A stretch of DNA of 64,000 nt, taken from positions 82,321 through 146,320 of the forward strand of contig CAZQVF010000002.1 of the NCBI GenBank assembly GCA_964596735.1, given 5' to 3'. Below the pieces are notes generated by a model. It saw only the letters and a program-made list of their open reading frames with translations. It made no database searches and was not told the origin of the DNA. The translations under genes were made by a program, and so were the position numbers. Source of the DNA: an uncultured Gammaproteobacteria bacterium (GTDB taxonomy: Bacteria > Patescibacteriota > Patescibacteriia > UBA2591 > UBA6264). Positions 43,301 through 48,564 of this stretch are shown in pieces (within the stretch, counting starts at the first letter, position 1; every line of letters starts with the position of its first letter).

Positions 43301-43498
43301 GATTAAACCTAAAAGGCTTAGTCCAATTTTAACAATGTTACCAATTACTTGGGGCAAAGGGGCTTCTCCATAACCGGCTGCTTCGCCAAAATTTATTAAC
43401 TCTTCATTTCCCAGTGTTTGAGCCTGAACCGGTAAAATAAAATAGAATAAACAAAAAACCGTAAACACCAAAAATGTAATTTTAAAAATATTTTTCAT
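34367..43498 (-). CDS. Giant (3043 aa) surface protein: CPR pilin-like N-terminus, Ig-like/IPT domains, Cys-rich region, C-terminal Hint domain
   Basis: Signal peptide; IIMIAGGFIWMTSGG..KAKKII..LIGL pilin-like hairpin; repeated P....VC.N..I.A.F...MD Ig-like starts; VCGDG..EQCD; disintegrin-like CRPADSECDISETC; CFIAGT...VHN. Confidence 0.85.
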   Translation of the reverse strand: MKNIFKITFLVFTVFCLFYFILPVQAQTLGNEELINFGEAAGYGEAPLPQVIGNIVKIGLSLLGLIAVIIMIAGGFIWMTSGGVADKVTKAKKIISSGLIGLLIIVFAYAIVSFIMGRLSGVTGEGLGGSGGCTPGLCCGPGLRCDSGGSCNISDPDCSLPPDAFRIRKIETTHGGLEQNYHQDVYLCSAVQPIFNHSVDGLIIEDLETAGDLRIETGASPVSGSWQTRNNIIIFKHPDLFDPNTSYEAYFPKAISDTQGEFLQVCLAAGDCLDAGSYFLWNFMTGETLDTVPPEIVATYPIFDQSDPDYPDQNVSRKPSIEASFSEPIDMTTVADENNYPIETNIWLARLDGQGGTIVETLAKEIFEIGAISNGFRISLRDENLLQAFTWYRIHVGNIEDLCMNQMDEPLEWEFQTNDQAPGISFWHPTGTLVCPDTDISVTFGTQMYGNLVRFEISGGGDNFDFEMRPSEFDPPYEEIVIGGVFRVDDPGDPVNNHFRVFTFDPDDNLQTESDYQVTVLTDLVIDQQGTLLSDFWEFTTATMGNCFCSPWISHLEPAQGSKGECITLHGSCFEGTATQPALPIKIDFILNGTPTQTAIEGSDNNYLTTQVPDIYSQGDRPEVQATIEYDGGDQLTSNLVEFYVDSNEQANGPCLFSINPSAGYSNETEVDLSGIRFGVESAGSKVVFYNNKLAVYQTWSDQQISSALVPLGSEDGLVYVENDQGMSNELPFDILQHPGGPGQACQEATFCPDNPPYNCSTPIYNCLYEATDTCRCCCDVITNSCEAPLECMANQGSCTGDDRGLCCGCESDDQCGNGLGCGFLDPNQCCYAQPTITSNSPTGEAVCLNTAIEANFSQDMDRNSLNTNNIKLKKLPPLIESKLGIDYTTTQYTSCLDQSGIYTGRCDVNWWDYSFNVSADGDYQIYVETSNYSADVKDFGEDGVCSEPGVQHHVKVFVDNVEKGDFCADATLGHQISNVSLGNITAGTHTIRLEWDNDWSESPHDSNIRIYQVDLRQESSEQDVSYNLIINEDNDQVNLLPIDCDLDPYTGYKVELIGGLDGQGIRDSLGVSMDDYTWQFATGPEDNICEISEIIVSPDSAIVESFEDSVIYTAQGYNFNNNPICVAEFFWQSDDINIAVVSPSQALETTVSPVEGEGEQTTDISATISGYSGSGEFTSVLSPPVLPPEDPETFDLPQVFEDSTCLNNIQTPSPRHLSSQACRNALISARFNMEVDNLSNTNIIVEKCNLGNEMFDSASCTTDVSGTIVETDKSFVNPQHNAVHLYPDITTANRFCFEHGYTSFKATYSTVGPIDDYMRYVDGEWVEESSAERIDTLLCSKGFIYTPGVLLDQNYWYQVTLKSGETGIVDSVDNYQLDGNKDGIEDDSPNDDYTWYFKTKDQAEVCSAQAIEIFEQDPVGIIIESGTKDYSALPIGPDCQILRPDTFTWTWESTEPGVATVAPQTPTYTAMATAVDLGETEIEVTATPSAGEPVTNSVDLVVAIYPNVETFQPSGSNVCRNSVIKAIFDQPMDRSSISKDTIKFFKWTTLWDDITSTVDVSAVDDIFREPTNDIPNPQHGSYYLYPSSATAQQYCLDQDYRGFDSYTTTLTLGSYMRYNNGAWGVTGHGSYIATLTCYNENKTIVNINAGLLDSNQEYQITILGGENGVESIYGVGMAADYNSTFTTSDQICTLSEVDIEPKTIDFTSTDESENLIAYTYDNQGNEILGIPDVYDWTWSWESSDPAVVSITGSSSEDETAMAQDRNGRVQITATATIVGSDPAISVLGITEANVLICEVPWTFEDAAGPGFAPNTQFKLSYCRGDLAQAEADRLPELAEASIEGSDPLIKEFLFSVGDSGDVIGLKVFNNPKRLSVLNWYEQNVPNPGKPSNFVIDNYYALREGRTTYVGATNLGSDTDNFSNPQHGSYYLYPDNATAQQYCVDDQNYSGFESYTTTGSGGGYMRYNNGAWGVTGHGSYIATLTCADQGVYTYVYLISYNDGASPKTIEIFNQILYNWEFNINLDNYFEDKPKLQNDLLRLYNFQEIKDELEEHYQEQGEYPTLGAGTYVLSKSNSLWPSWTNTLSQALGESLPVDPINEFNGPCAGCIDEPDSQCDNTCYNPSTQIFEIPDGSHVYQYYAPDQSGCLGEYYTLSVNLEYGNGGIIWKGEEDVITTQSDSSGDFNYIYESPGAPVCGDGTLQCGEQCDCGSGYGTCCSPFQSGYCPGTTFPSEGFIPAATCEGLGYESEPTGFLECNNCSWSGVSCALKANGEACSGDANCHSGSCVDGVCCDMSCTGSCEYCGEGFGGSAGTCHNVSAGNDPRNICNDTSGCLTGNCDGSGFCTDYYTSGDRNCSACQTCDGAGSGTCVNKTNNTQDTVGSTLCQDTCKRCYNGSCVNQTAGQDPFNQCEIGWISCDSDCVRGGGSGLCGSSGSCDPSGGTENIPSGSVCTGAGEITSVSASNYCGSPENNCSNNSCSGTRWYRSCNGSGACRGVGDYTGGHLQPIMAQANCVLYPDCTLAYRSTSNYCGAIVDDCTNGACVGYRYYRGCDGSGACKADATGSYQQTVYPNTGKTLTGSCSPNGTTLCDFSSWNYCNTDCFKTRDELRCSAGHACSYDVGNNGSIVAENKVCVNGSEISVSSTYYCDIDNSCTSGACSGTIYYRSCAYNGVCKTDNSGAFGVTINADAGNILTASCGQSTAQCTTCYQCDGTGDCDPVTDTGPPPYLGCDTGTCCAGVCCPTGEVCNNGACVPPCDCTTGACCDGCYYRSSEYVCRPADSECDISETCTGSSSSCPADQSVSDGTECMEACGECQSGICDLPPKNACTPGEGDYVGAGQCRYCEDDCQWGPSEDGCPTDSTYCSDCVATCGSSCDDDQFCCGDEAGCFIAGTLITTENGFKNIEDIKVGDIINGYDLEKNRIQKVKVMQTFEHEKQDYYIMTLLDYSVLKVTNIHPIYTRKGYLKVKDLNIWDEVGKINNNGRLEFVKIIKIKKAIDQQTVYNLEVDKLHNYFANDFLVHNKDYYCGPGSGLKRNCGDLDQ
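34430..34834 (-). other. Hint (intein-like) autoprocessing domain, 135 aa
   Basis: CFIAGTLITT..KNIEDIKVGD, VTNIHPIY, VYNLEVD..HNYFANDFLVHN; the +1 residue is Lys. Confidence 0.9.
37541..37729 (-). repeat. 63-aa inserted module, copy A (NPQHGSYY...LTC)
   Basis: 69 nt (37541-37609) identical to 38585-38653. Confidence 0.9.
38585..38770 (-). repeat. 62-aa inserted module, copy B
   Basis: NPQHGSYYLYPSSATAQQYC...YMRYNNGAWGVTGHGSYIATLTC. Confidence 0.9.
39479..39667 (-). repeat. 63-aa inserted module, divergent copy C
   Basis: NPQHNAVHLYPDITTANRFC...YMRYVDGEW...IDTLLC. Confidence 0.75.
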
Positions 43499-43523
43499 AA
43501 AATGATTGTCTACAGTTTAGAAT

Positions 43524-43982
43524 TTAAAGTTGGGACAATTGTTCTTGAACAATTTTTTTAACTTTATCTCCTTGTACTTGACCTTTGGCTTCGGCCATAA
43601 CCTTACCCATAACCTTGCCAAAATCCTGCGGTCCAGCTGGATTTACAGCCTGGATCGCTTTAATAACTAGCTCTTTTACTTTATCATCTGAAAGTTGTTC
43701 TGGCAAGTATTGATCTAAAATAGCTAATTCTTTTTCTTCTTTCTCTGCTAATTCTTTTCTTTCCCCTTTTTTATACATTTCCGCTGCTTCTCGCCTTTTC
43801 TTTGCTTCTTTTTGGACAACTTCAATAACAATCTCTTCAGTCATTTCTTTTTTCTGAGGCTTTAATTCAATCTCTTTATTATGCAAAGCAGTTTTTAAGC
43901 CTCTTAAGACGCTTAATTTTTCTGCTTGTTTTTGCTGTAAAGCCTGCTTAAAGTCTTTTTCAATACGTTCTAATAAAGCCAT
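43524..43982 (-). CDS. GatB/YqeY domain protein
   Basis: KEAKKRREAAEMY..GERKELAEKE..EL.IL..YLPEQLS, FGKVMG. Confidence 0.92.
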   Translation of the reverse strand: MALLERIEKDFKQALQQKQAEKLSVLRGLKTALHNKEIELKPQKKEMTEEIVIEVVQKEAKKRREAAEMYKKGERKELAEKEEKELAILDQYLPEQLSDDKVKELVIKAIQAVNPAGPQDFGKVMGKVMAEAKGQVQGDKVKKIVQEQLSQL

Positions 43983-43999
43983 GGATTTTATCTTAAGGC

Positions 44000-44218
44000 T
44001 TATTTAATACGACCGACTTTTTTTAAAAAAGCCATTTTTTCTGCTCTTTTTTTTCTTTGGAGAGCACTTTCTTTTTTTAATTTTTGACTTTTCGGCTTAA
44101 TATAAAACTTACCTTTTTTATGTTGATTTATTACTCCGCTTCGCTTTACTTGTTCAGAAAATCTTCTTAAAAAAACATTTAAAGGTTCTCTTTGTTTTCT
44201 TTTAGCTTCTACGCTCAT
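44000..44218 (-). CDS. rpsU: 30S ribosomal protein S21
   Basis: Basic 72 aa, LRRF...V.RSG....KFYIKPKS; rpsU-yqeY gene order. Confidence 0.8.
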   Translation of the reverse strand: MSVEAKRKQREPLNVFLRRFSEQVKRSGVINQHKKGKFYIKPKSQKLKKESALQRKKRAEKMAFLKKVGRIK

Positions 44219-45063
44219 AAATTTAATAGTTTCTTAACCAAATTATCTAATTCTTTATCTTGATAAAGTTCGATTGTAACTTTAATCTTTTTATTTCTTT
44301 TAATAATTTTTACTTTTGTTCCTAAGGCCTCAGTTAAAGCTTTTTCTTTTTCTAAAAACTTTGGGTCCAGTTCAATATTTTTTCTTACTCGTTTCCCTGA
44401 CATTATCTTCTCTGTTTCCCTTACTGTTAGCCCTAATCCTAAAATTCTTTTTAATAAAGCCTTTCGTTTTTCTTCTGTGTCTACTGAAAGTAATGCTTTG
44501 GCATGCCCTTCGGTAATTCTTTCTTGAGCAATTGCTTTTTGAATTGACTCGGGCAAGGTTAAAAGCCGTAAAGTATTGGCAATACTGGCTCGAGCCTTCC
44601 CCATTTTTTGCCCTACTTGTTCCTGAGTTAAATTAAACTCTTCCATTAAACGATGATATCCCTTTGCCCTTTCCATGGGATTAAGATCTTTTCTCTGAAT
44701 ATTTTCTAAAAGAGAAATAGCTAGTTTTTCATTTGCTTCAATTGAGCGAACAAGGGAGGGAACAGTTGTCAGTTCTAAAACCTTAGCGGCCCGCCAACGC
44801 CTTTCTCCAGCAATTATTTGATATTGATCAGTGCCAATCTTGGTCAAAATTAATGGCTGAATAATTCCATGTTCTCGAATAGAATTAATCAACTCTTCTG
44901 TTTCTAAATGAGGAAAGTTTTCTCTTGGTTGTTCTGGATTAGATTGAATCTGATTAATTCTAATTTCTAAGACCTGCTCTCCTGTTTGTACTAAAACTTC
45001 CTCTGTGGCTTTTTTTATTGTTCTGGTTGGAATTAATGATCCCAAACCACGTCCTAATGGCAT
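44215..45063 (-). CDS. parB: Chromosome partitioning protein ParB
   Basis: LGRGLGSLI, NPEQPR, IIAGERRWRA, ENIQRKDLNP, HTH. Confidence 0.95.
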   Translation of the reverse strand: MPLGRGLGSLIPTRTIKKATEEVLVQTGEQVLEIRINQIQSNPEQPRENFPHLETEELINSIREHGIIQPLILTKIGTDQYQIIAGERRWRAAKVLELTTVPSLVRSIEANEKLAISLLENIQRKDLNPMERAKGYHRLMEEFNLTQEQVGQKMGKARASIANTLRLLTLPESIQKAIAQERITEGHAKALLSVDTEEKRKALLKRILGLGLTVRETEKIMSGKRVRKNIELDPKFLEKEKALTEALGTKVKIIKRNKKIKVTIELYQDKELDNLVKKLLNL

Positions 45064-45199
45064 CCCTCACCTTTCAGCGATGCATTTTAAATAAACACAT
45101 CGGTTAATTATTTAACTATCTGACTTTTATTTTCCCCTCATCTTACAGTAAATACACTTGTTTAAAAATGCGAAGCATTATCGCTGCAGGGTGAGGGAT
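45062..45199. mobile_element. Inverted-repeat-bounded insertion (MITE-like) at the parB start codon
   Basis: 45062-45081 ATCCCTCACCTTTCAGCGAT vs 45180-45199 ATCGCTGCAGGGTGAGGGAT (18/20 inverted match); overlaps the parB ATG and the parA 3' end. Confidence 0.65.
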
Positions 45200-45965
45200 T
45201 ATTAAGTAAAAATTCTTTGGCTAACCTCTTATAAGCATGAGCTCCTTTTGATTTTGGAGCGTATTCTAAAATTGTCTGACCATAACTTGGAGCTTCGGCT
45301 AAACGAACATTGCGGGGAATAATAGTGCGAAAAATTTTATAAGGAAAATGTTTATACAATTCTTCCCAGACTTCAGCTGAGAGACGTCCTCGGCCATCAT
45401 ACATAGTTATCACCGCTCCTAAAATTCCTAAATTGGGTTGCAGGTTTTCTTTAATCAATTTAATTGTTTCTAAAAGCTGGCCCAATCCTTCTAAGGCATA
45501 GTATTCTGCCTGAACCGGGATTAAAACCTGGTCAGCCGCCACCAAACTGTTAACCGTAATTAAGCTTAATGAAGGTGGGGTGTCAATAAAGATATAATCA
45601 AAATTCTCCCCTGCTTTTTCGGCTAATATATCTTTAATTACCTTAGATAAAATAAACTCTCTTTCTGGAATATTCACTAATTCAATATCTGCTCCGGCTA
45701 AATTTTCATTAGCCGGAATAATCCAAAGATTTCGTCGCGTCGCCGTAATACTTGAATGCAAAGGAATTTTTTGGCTTAAAACTTCGTAAATTCCCTGGGA
45801 GCGGTCACCAATCCCTAAACCAGAACTGGCATTAGCCTGAGGATCTAAATCAATTAACAGGATTTTTTTACCTGAAGCAGAGAGATAAGCGGCTAAATTA
45901 ATTGCAACATTAGTCTTACCCGTTCCTCCTTTTCGATTACATATAACAATGACTTTTGGCTGCAT
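45162..45965 (-). CDS. parA: Chromosome partitioning ATPase ParA/Soj
   Basis: NRKGGTGKT, DLDPQANAS, IDTPPSL, PVQAEYYALEG, IPRNVRLAEAPSYG. Confidence 0.96.
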   Translation of the reverse strand: MQPKVIVICNRKGGTGKTNVAINLAAYLSASGKKILLIDLDPQANASSGLGIGDRSQGIYEVLSQKIPLHSSITATRRNLWIIPANENLAGADIELVNIPEREFILSKVIKDILAEKAGENFDYIFIDTPPSLSLITVNSLVAADQVLIPVQAEYYALEGLGQLLETIKLIKENLQPNLGILGAVITMYDGRGRLSAEVWEELYKHFPYKIFRTIIPRNVRLAEAPSYGQTILEYAPKSKGAHAYKRLAKEFLLNNPSPCSDNASHF

Positions 45966-46248
45966 ACCCGCCTAAATTTTTTTATTTAAATAATGTTTAA
46001 GCGACCTTTTGATATAATTCCTGCCCCACCCTGTCTTAAAAAATTTTTCTCGTCTTTTAGCGTCTTCTAAATGAAGAAAAGCTTCATAATAGATTAAAAC
46101 AAATGGCACTCTTGGTTTAGTAGATCTTGACTCTTTATTATTATGATCTTTTAATCTACGCTTTAAATCTTTTGTTAGACCAATATAGAATTTGCCATCT
46201 TTTAAACTGCGAAGAATATATACATAGTAAAAAATTTGGGCGGGCATA
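45963..46248 (-). mobile_element. Putative minimal mobile element: GIY-YIG gene inside 16-bp terminal inverted repeats with TATG duplication
   Basis: Core 45967-46244; TIRs CCCGCCTAAATTTTTT / AAAAAATTTGGGCGGG (15/16); CATA at 45963-45966 and 46245-46248. Confidence 0.75.
45972..46247 (-). CDS. Small GIY-YIG nuclease
   Basis: YYVYIL..FYIGLT.DL.RRL..HN..ST..R.P..L.YYE.F....A..RE..FK. Confidence 0.92.
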   Translation of the reverse strand: MPAQIFYYVYILRSLKDGKFYIGLTKDLKRRLKDHNNKESRSTKPRVPFVLIYYEAFLHLEDAKRREKFFKTGWGRNYIKRSLKHYLNKKI

Positions 46249-46301
46249 TCTTTTTTATTAATGCAAAAACTTCAGGCAAATTCTCTTTTCCCTAGTATAA
46301 T

Positions 46302-46415
46302 ATTATAAGAACCTGCTCGCTTTACTCGCAGAACCTTGAAATTAAAGTTTAATTGTATATAAATTAAGGTAATTTAATTATAAGCAAAGCTTGAAATTAA
46401 TAAATTAATTATAAC
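46302..46415 (+). repeat. Dispersed intergenic repeat, tandem copy 6 (longest)
   Basis: ATTATAAGAACCTGC-N11-GCAGAACCTTGAAATTAAAG-N24-ATTTAATTATAAG-caaag-CTTGAAATTAATAAATTAATTATAAC. Confidence 0.9.
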
Positions 46416-46441
46416 ACAAATATCTGTTTTGAATAGTAGAT

Positions 46442-46837
46442 TTATCCCCTCTTTTTTTCTTTTAAATACAGCCAAATTAAAATAAAAATTGCTCCAGCAA
46501 AATTAGCCAAAACATCAGTTAAGGTGTCGATTGGGCCCATTTGTCGAGGGGTTAAAATCAAATATGGACTAATGACATGGTCGATTAAATACTCGTAAAT
46601 CTCCCAGCAAAGACTAATAAAAAATAAAACAATTAAAGAAATTAATTGTTTATTTACTCTTATTGTTTTTGATTGTAAAAACCAATAAACGACCAAAACG
46701 ACACTGGCTCCGGCTAAAAAATGAACCAATTTGTCATAACCGTTAATACTATAATAGTATTTCCAACATCCTAAAAAATGAACAATTACAAAAAAAGGGA
46801 TAGCAATAATTAAAAATACTTTTAATTTTTTCTGCAT
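46442..46837 (-). CDS. Small multi-pass membrane protein (VanZ/DUF2238-like)
   Basis: YDKLVHFLAG, WEIYEY, DTLTDVLANFAG; start set to MQKK (46837) because the upstream extension lies inside the insertion. Confidence 0.7.
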   Translation of the reverse strand: MQKKLKVFLIIAIPFFVIVHFLGCWKYYYSINGYDKLVHFLAGASVVLVVYWFLQSKTIRVNKQLISLIVLFFISLCWEIYEYLIDHVISPYLILTPRQMGPIDTLTDVLANFAGAIFILIWLYLKEKKRG

Positions 46838-46992
46838 ACCCCGTAGAAGAACTTTGACAAATAATTGTGATGTTAAAATTTTAAGCATTAGTTGTTTCTT
46901 GATAAAAGTTATCTATTCTCTGTGTTTTATCCCGTAATTTATTTATATTTTTCCTTCGGAAAAATATAGTCAAAGTTTCTCTACGGGACATA
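46835..46992. mobile_element. 150-bp non-autonomous inverted-repeat element with TATG duplication
   Basis: 46840-46858 CCCGTAGAAGAACTTTGAC vs 46969-46987 GTCAAAGTTTCTCTACGGG (17/19); CATA at 46835-46838 and 46989-46992; internal 11-bp hairpin 46944-46968. Confidence 0.75.
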
Positions 46993-47006
46993 CAAGAATT
47001 AATTTG

Positions 47007-47055
47007 CAAAAGCTTAAAATTAAACATAGGTAATTCAAGATAATTTAATTTTAAT
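47007..47055 (+). repeat. Dispersed intergenic repeat, degenerate copy 7
   Basis: CAAAAGCTTAAAATTAAAC-N17-ATTTAATTTTAA. Confidence 0.45.
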
Positions 47056-47062
47056 AAGGTTG

Positions 47063-47092
47063 AAGGGACTACTTTGGAGAGCAGTCCCTTTT
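47063..47092. terminator. Intrinsic terminator-like hairpin
   Basis: AAGGGACT...AGTCCCTT. Confidence 0.6.
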
Positions 47093-47655
47093 TAAAAAAT
47101 CCAAGGAATAAACCAGCTGGTTCTCTTCTTATAGTCTTGATAGTCCTGACCCAACCATTTTTTTAACAACTGCTCTTCTTTATAAGCGCAGCCCCAAACA
47201 AAAGGTGTTCCAATAATCAGAACCACAAAAAACAACCAACTCCCTATGGTCAGTTCAAAACCCAAGCCCATTAACAGGCTACCAAGGTAAATTGGATGCC
47301 TAACATAGGCGTAGATTCCTGAATCAACCAATCTTTGTGGTCGAGCAAAGGCTCTAGCTGTACTCCAGTTTTCTTTCAAAGTGTATCTCGCTAAAATGCA
47401 CAAGAATATACCGAGAAAGAAGAGAAAAATGCCAAAGTTTTGCCATTTAGCAAATGCTTGCCATTTACCAGAGTAAACATAGAGCTGGAACCAGATTATA
47501 AAAACAGTAAACAGTTCTGCTCCAATGAGCAACCACTCATAGATTTTCAATTTTAAGGTTCCGTTATTATTTCCCTGGTTTGGAGTTCTTGTTCTTATCC
47601 GACTTAGATACCAAAATACAATCCCGGCCAGCAAAACAAGTTCTATTCCATTCAT
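47092..47655 (-). CDS. Isoprenylcysteine carboxyl methyltransferase-family membrane protein
   Basis: LVDSGIYAYVRHPIYLG, EE.LL...G..Y..Y..RT..FIP; GGAGG RBS. Confidence 0.88.
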   Translation of the reverse strand: MNGIELVLLAGIVFWYLSRIRTRTPNQGNNNGTLKLKIYEWLLIGAELFTVFIIWFQLYVYSGKWQAFAKWQNFGIFLFFLGIFLCILARYTLKENWSTARAFARPQRLVDSGIYAYVRHPIYLGSLLMGLGFELTIGSWLFFVVLIIGTPFVWGCAYKEEQLLKKWLGQDYQDYKKRTSWFIPWIF

Positions 47656-47731
47656 CTTTCCCTCCTCTCTTTTGATTTGATTTCTAGATTAATTAGAACA
47701 TATTTTTAATCATTTGTCAAGATTAAAGAGT

Positions 47732-47754
47732 TGACGGCCTCGTTGAGGCCGTCA
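47732..47754. terminator. Terminator-like hairpin
   Basis: TGACGGCCTC-gtt-GAGGCCGTCA. Confidence 0.65.
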
Positions 47755-47792
47755 TCTATTCTCCTTGTTTAAGAAGTTTTGTTGTATACATT

Positions 47793-47936
47793 TTACTTAC
47801 CATTATAAGCGAGTTTGTCGCATTTTGGGCAGGTAGCAATGTGTCCCCCGCCGTAGGGTATCAGTTCTACGACTACCTTTTCTTTACAGCTAATACAGAT
47901 AACTTTTTTTTCTTCTCGTTTTTCTGCTTTTTTCAT
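47793..47936 (-). CDS. 47-aa zinc-ribbon microprotein (not in ORF track)
   Basis: MKKAEKREEKKVICISCKEKVVVELIPYGGGHIATCPKCDKLAYNGK; GGGGGAG RBS, TTGACA-17-TTTAAT promoter, downstream hairpin. Confidence 0.75.
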   Translation of the reverse strand: MKKAEKREEKKVICISCKEKVVVELIPYGGGHIATCPKCDKLAYNGK

Positions 47937-48020
47937 TTTGCTCCCCCTTTGGGTTCATTGTATGTTTAAATTATATTTATATTAAATCATATTTTTTTGT
48001 TTTTGTCAAGGTTTAAAAAT

Positions 48021-48047
48021 AAAAAGACAGCCTCAACTGTCTTTTTT
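48021..48047. terminator. Bidirectional intrinsic terminator
   Basis: AAAAAGACAG-cctcaa-CTGTCTTTTTT. Confidence 0.7.
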
Positions 48048-48069
48048 ATTGTTGATTTTTAATTAATTT

Positions 48070-48540
48070 CTAAACTTGAACTGGTCCTGATCCAGAAACA
48101 TCCTTATCTGAATCCCCTGGTTTAATTGGTGTAATTGATTCAGGAATAGGCTCTTGTGTTTCTGGCTTGGCCTCAATGTGTTTGCCAATCTTGTCTAATA
48201 TTTCAGTTAAGTGAACATCTGCTTTGATTAAATAATCAACCGCACCCAAGGCCTTTCCTTTGTTTACTTCTTTTTCTTGGCCAAGATTAGAAAGAATAAT
48301 TACTGGAATCTCCTGAGTAACTGGATCATATCTTAATTTTTCCAAAACCTCAAAACCGCTTAATTTGGGCATAACCAAATCTAGTAAAATCATATCTGGT
48401 TTTTCTTTGACGGCTAAATCAAGACTTTTTTGTCCGTCTTCAGCCGTAATCACTTCATAATCAGCACTTTCAATCATGCTTTGTAAAAGTCCTCTCATGT
48501 CTGGTTCGTCTTCACAAATTAAAATTCTTTTTTTTGCCAT
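48070..48540 (-). CDS. Stand-alone response regulator receiver protein
   Basis: ILICEDE, PDMILLDLVMPKLSG, IILSN, DYLIK; no output domain. Confidence 0.92.
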   Translation of the reverse strand: MAKKRILICEDEPDMRGLLQSMIESADYEVITAEDGQKSLDLAVKEKPDMILLDLVMPKLSGFEVLEKLRYDPVTQEIPVIILSNLGQEKEVNKGKALGAVDYLIKADVHLTEILDKIGKHIEAKPETQEPIPESITPIKPGDSDKDVSGSGPVQV

Positions 48541-48564
48541 AATTGTTTAATTAAAAAATATTTA

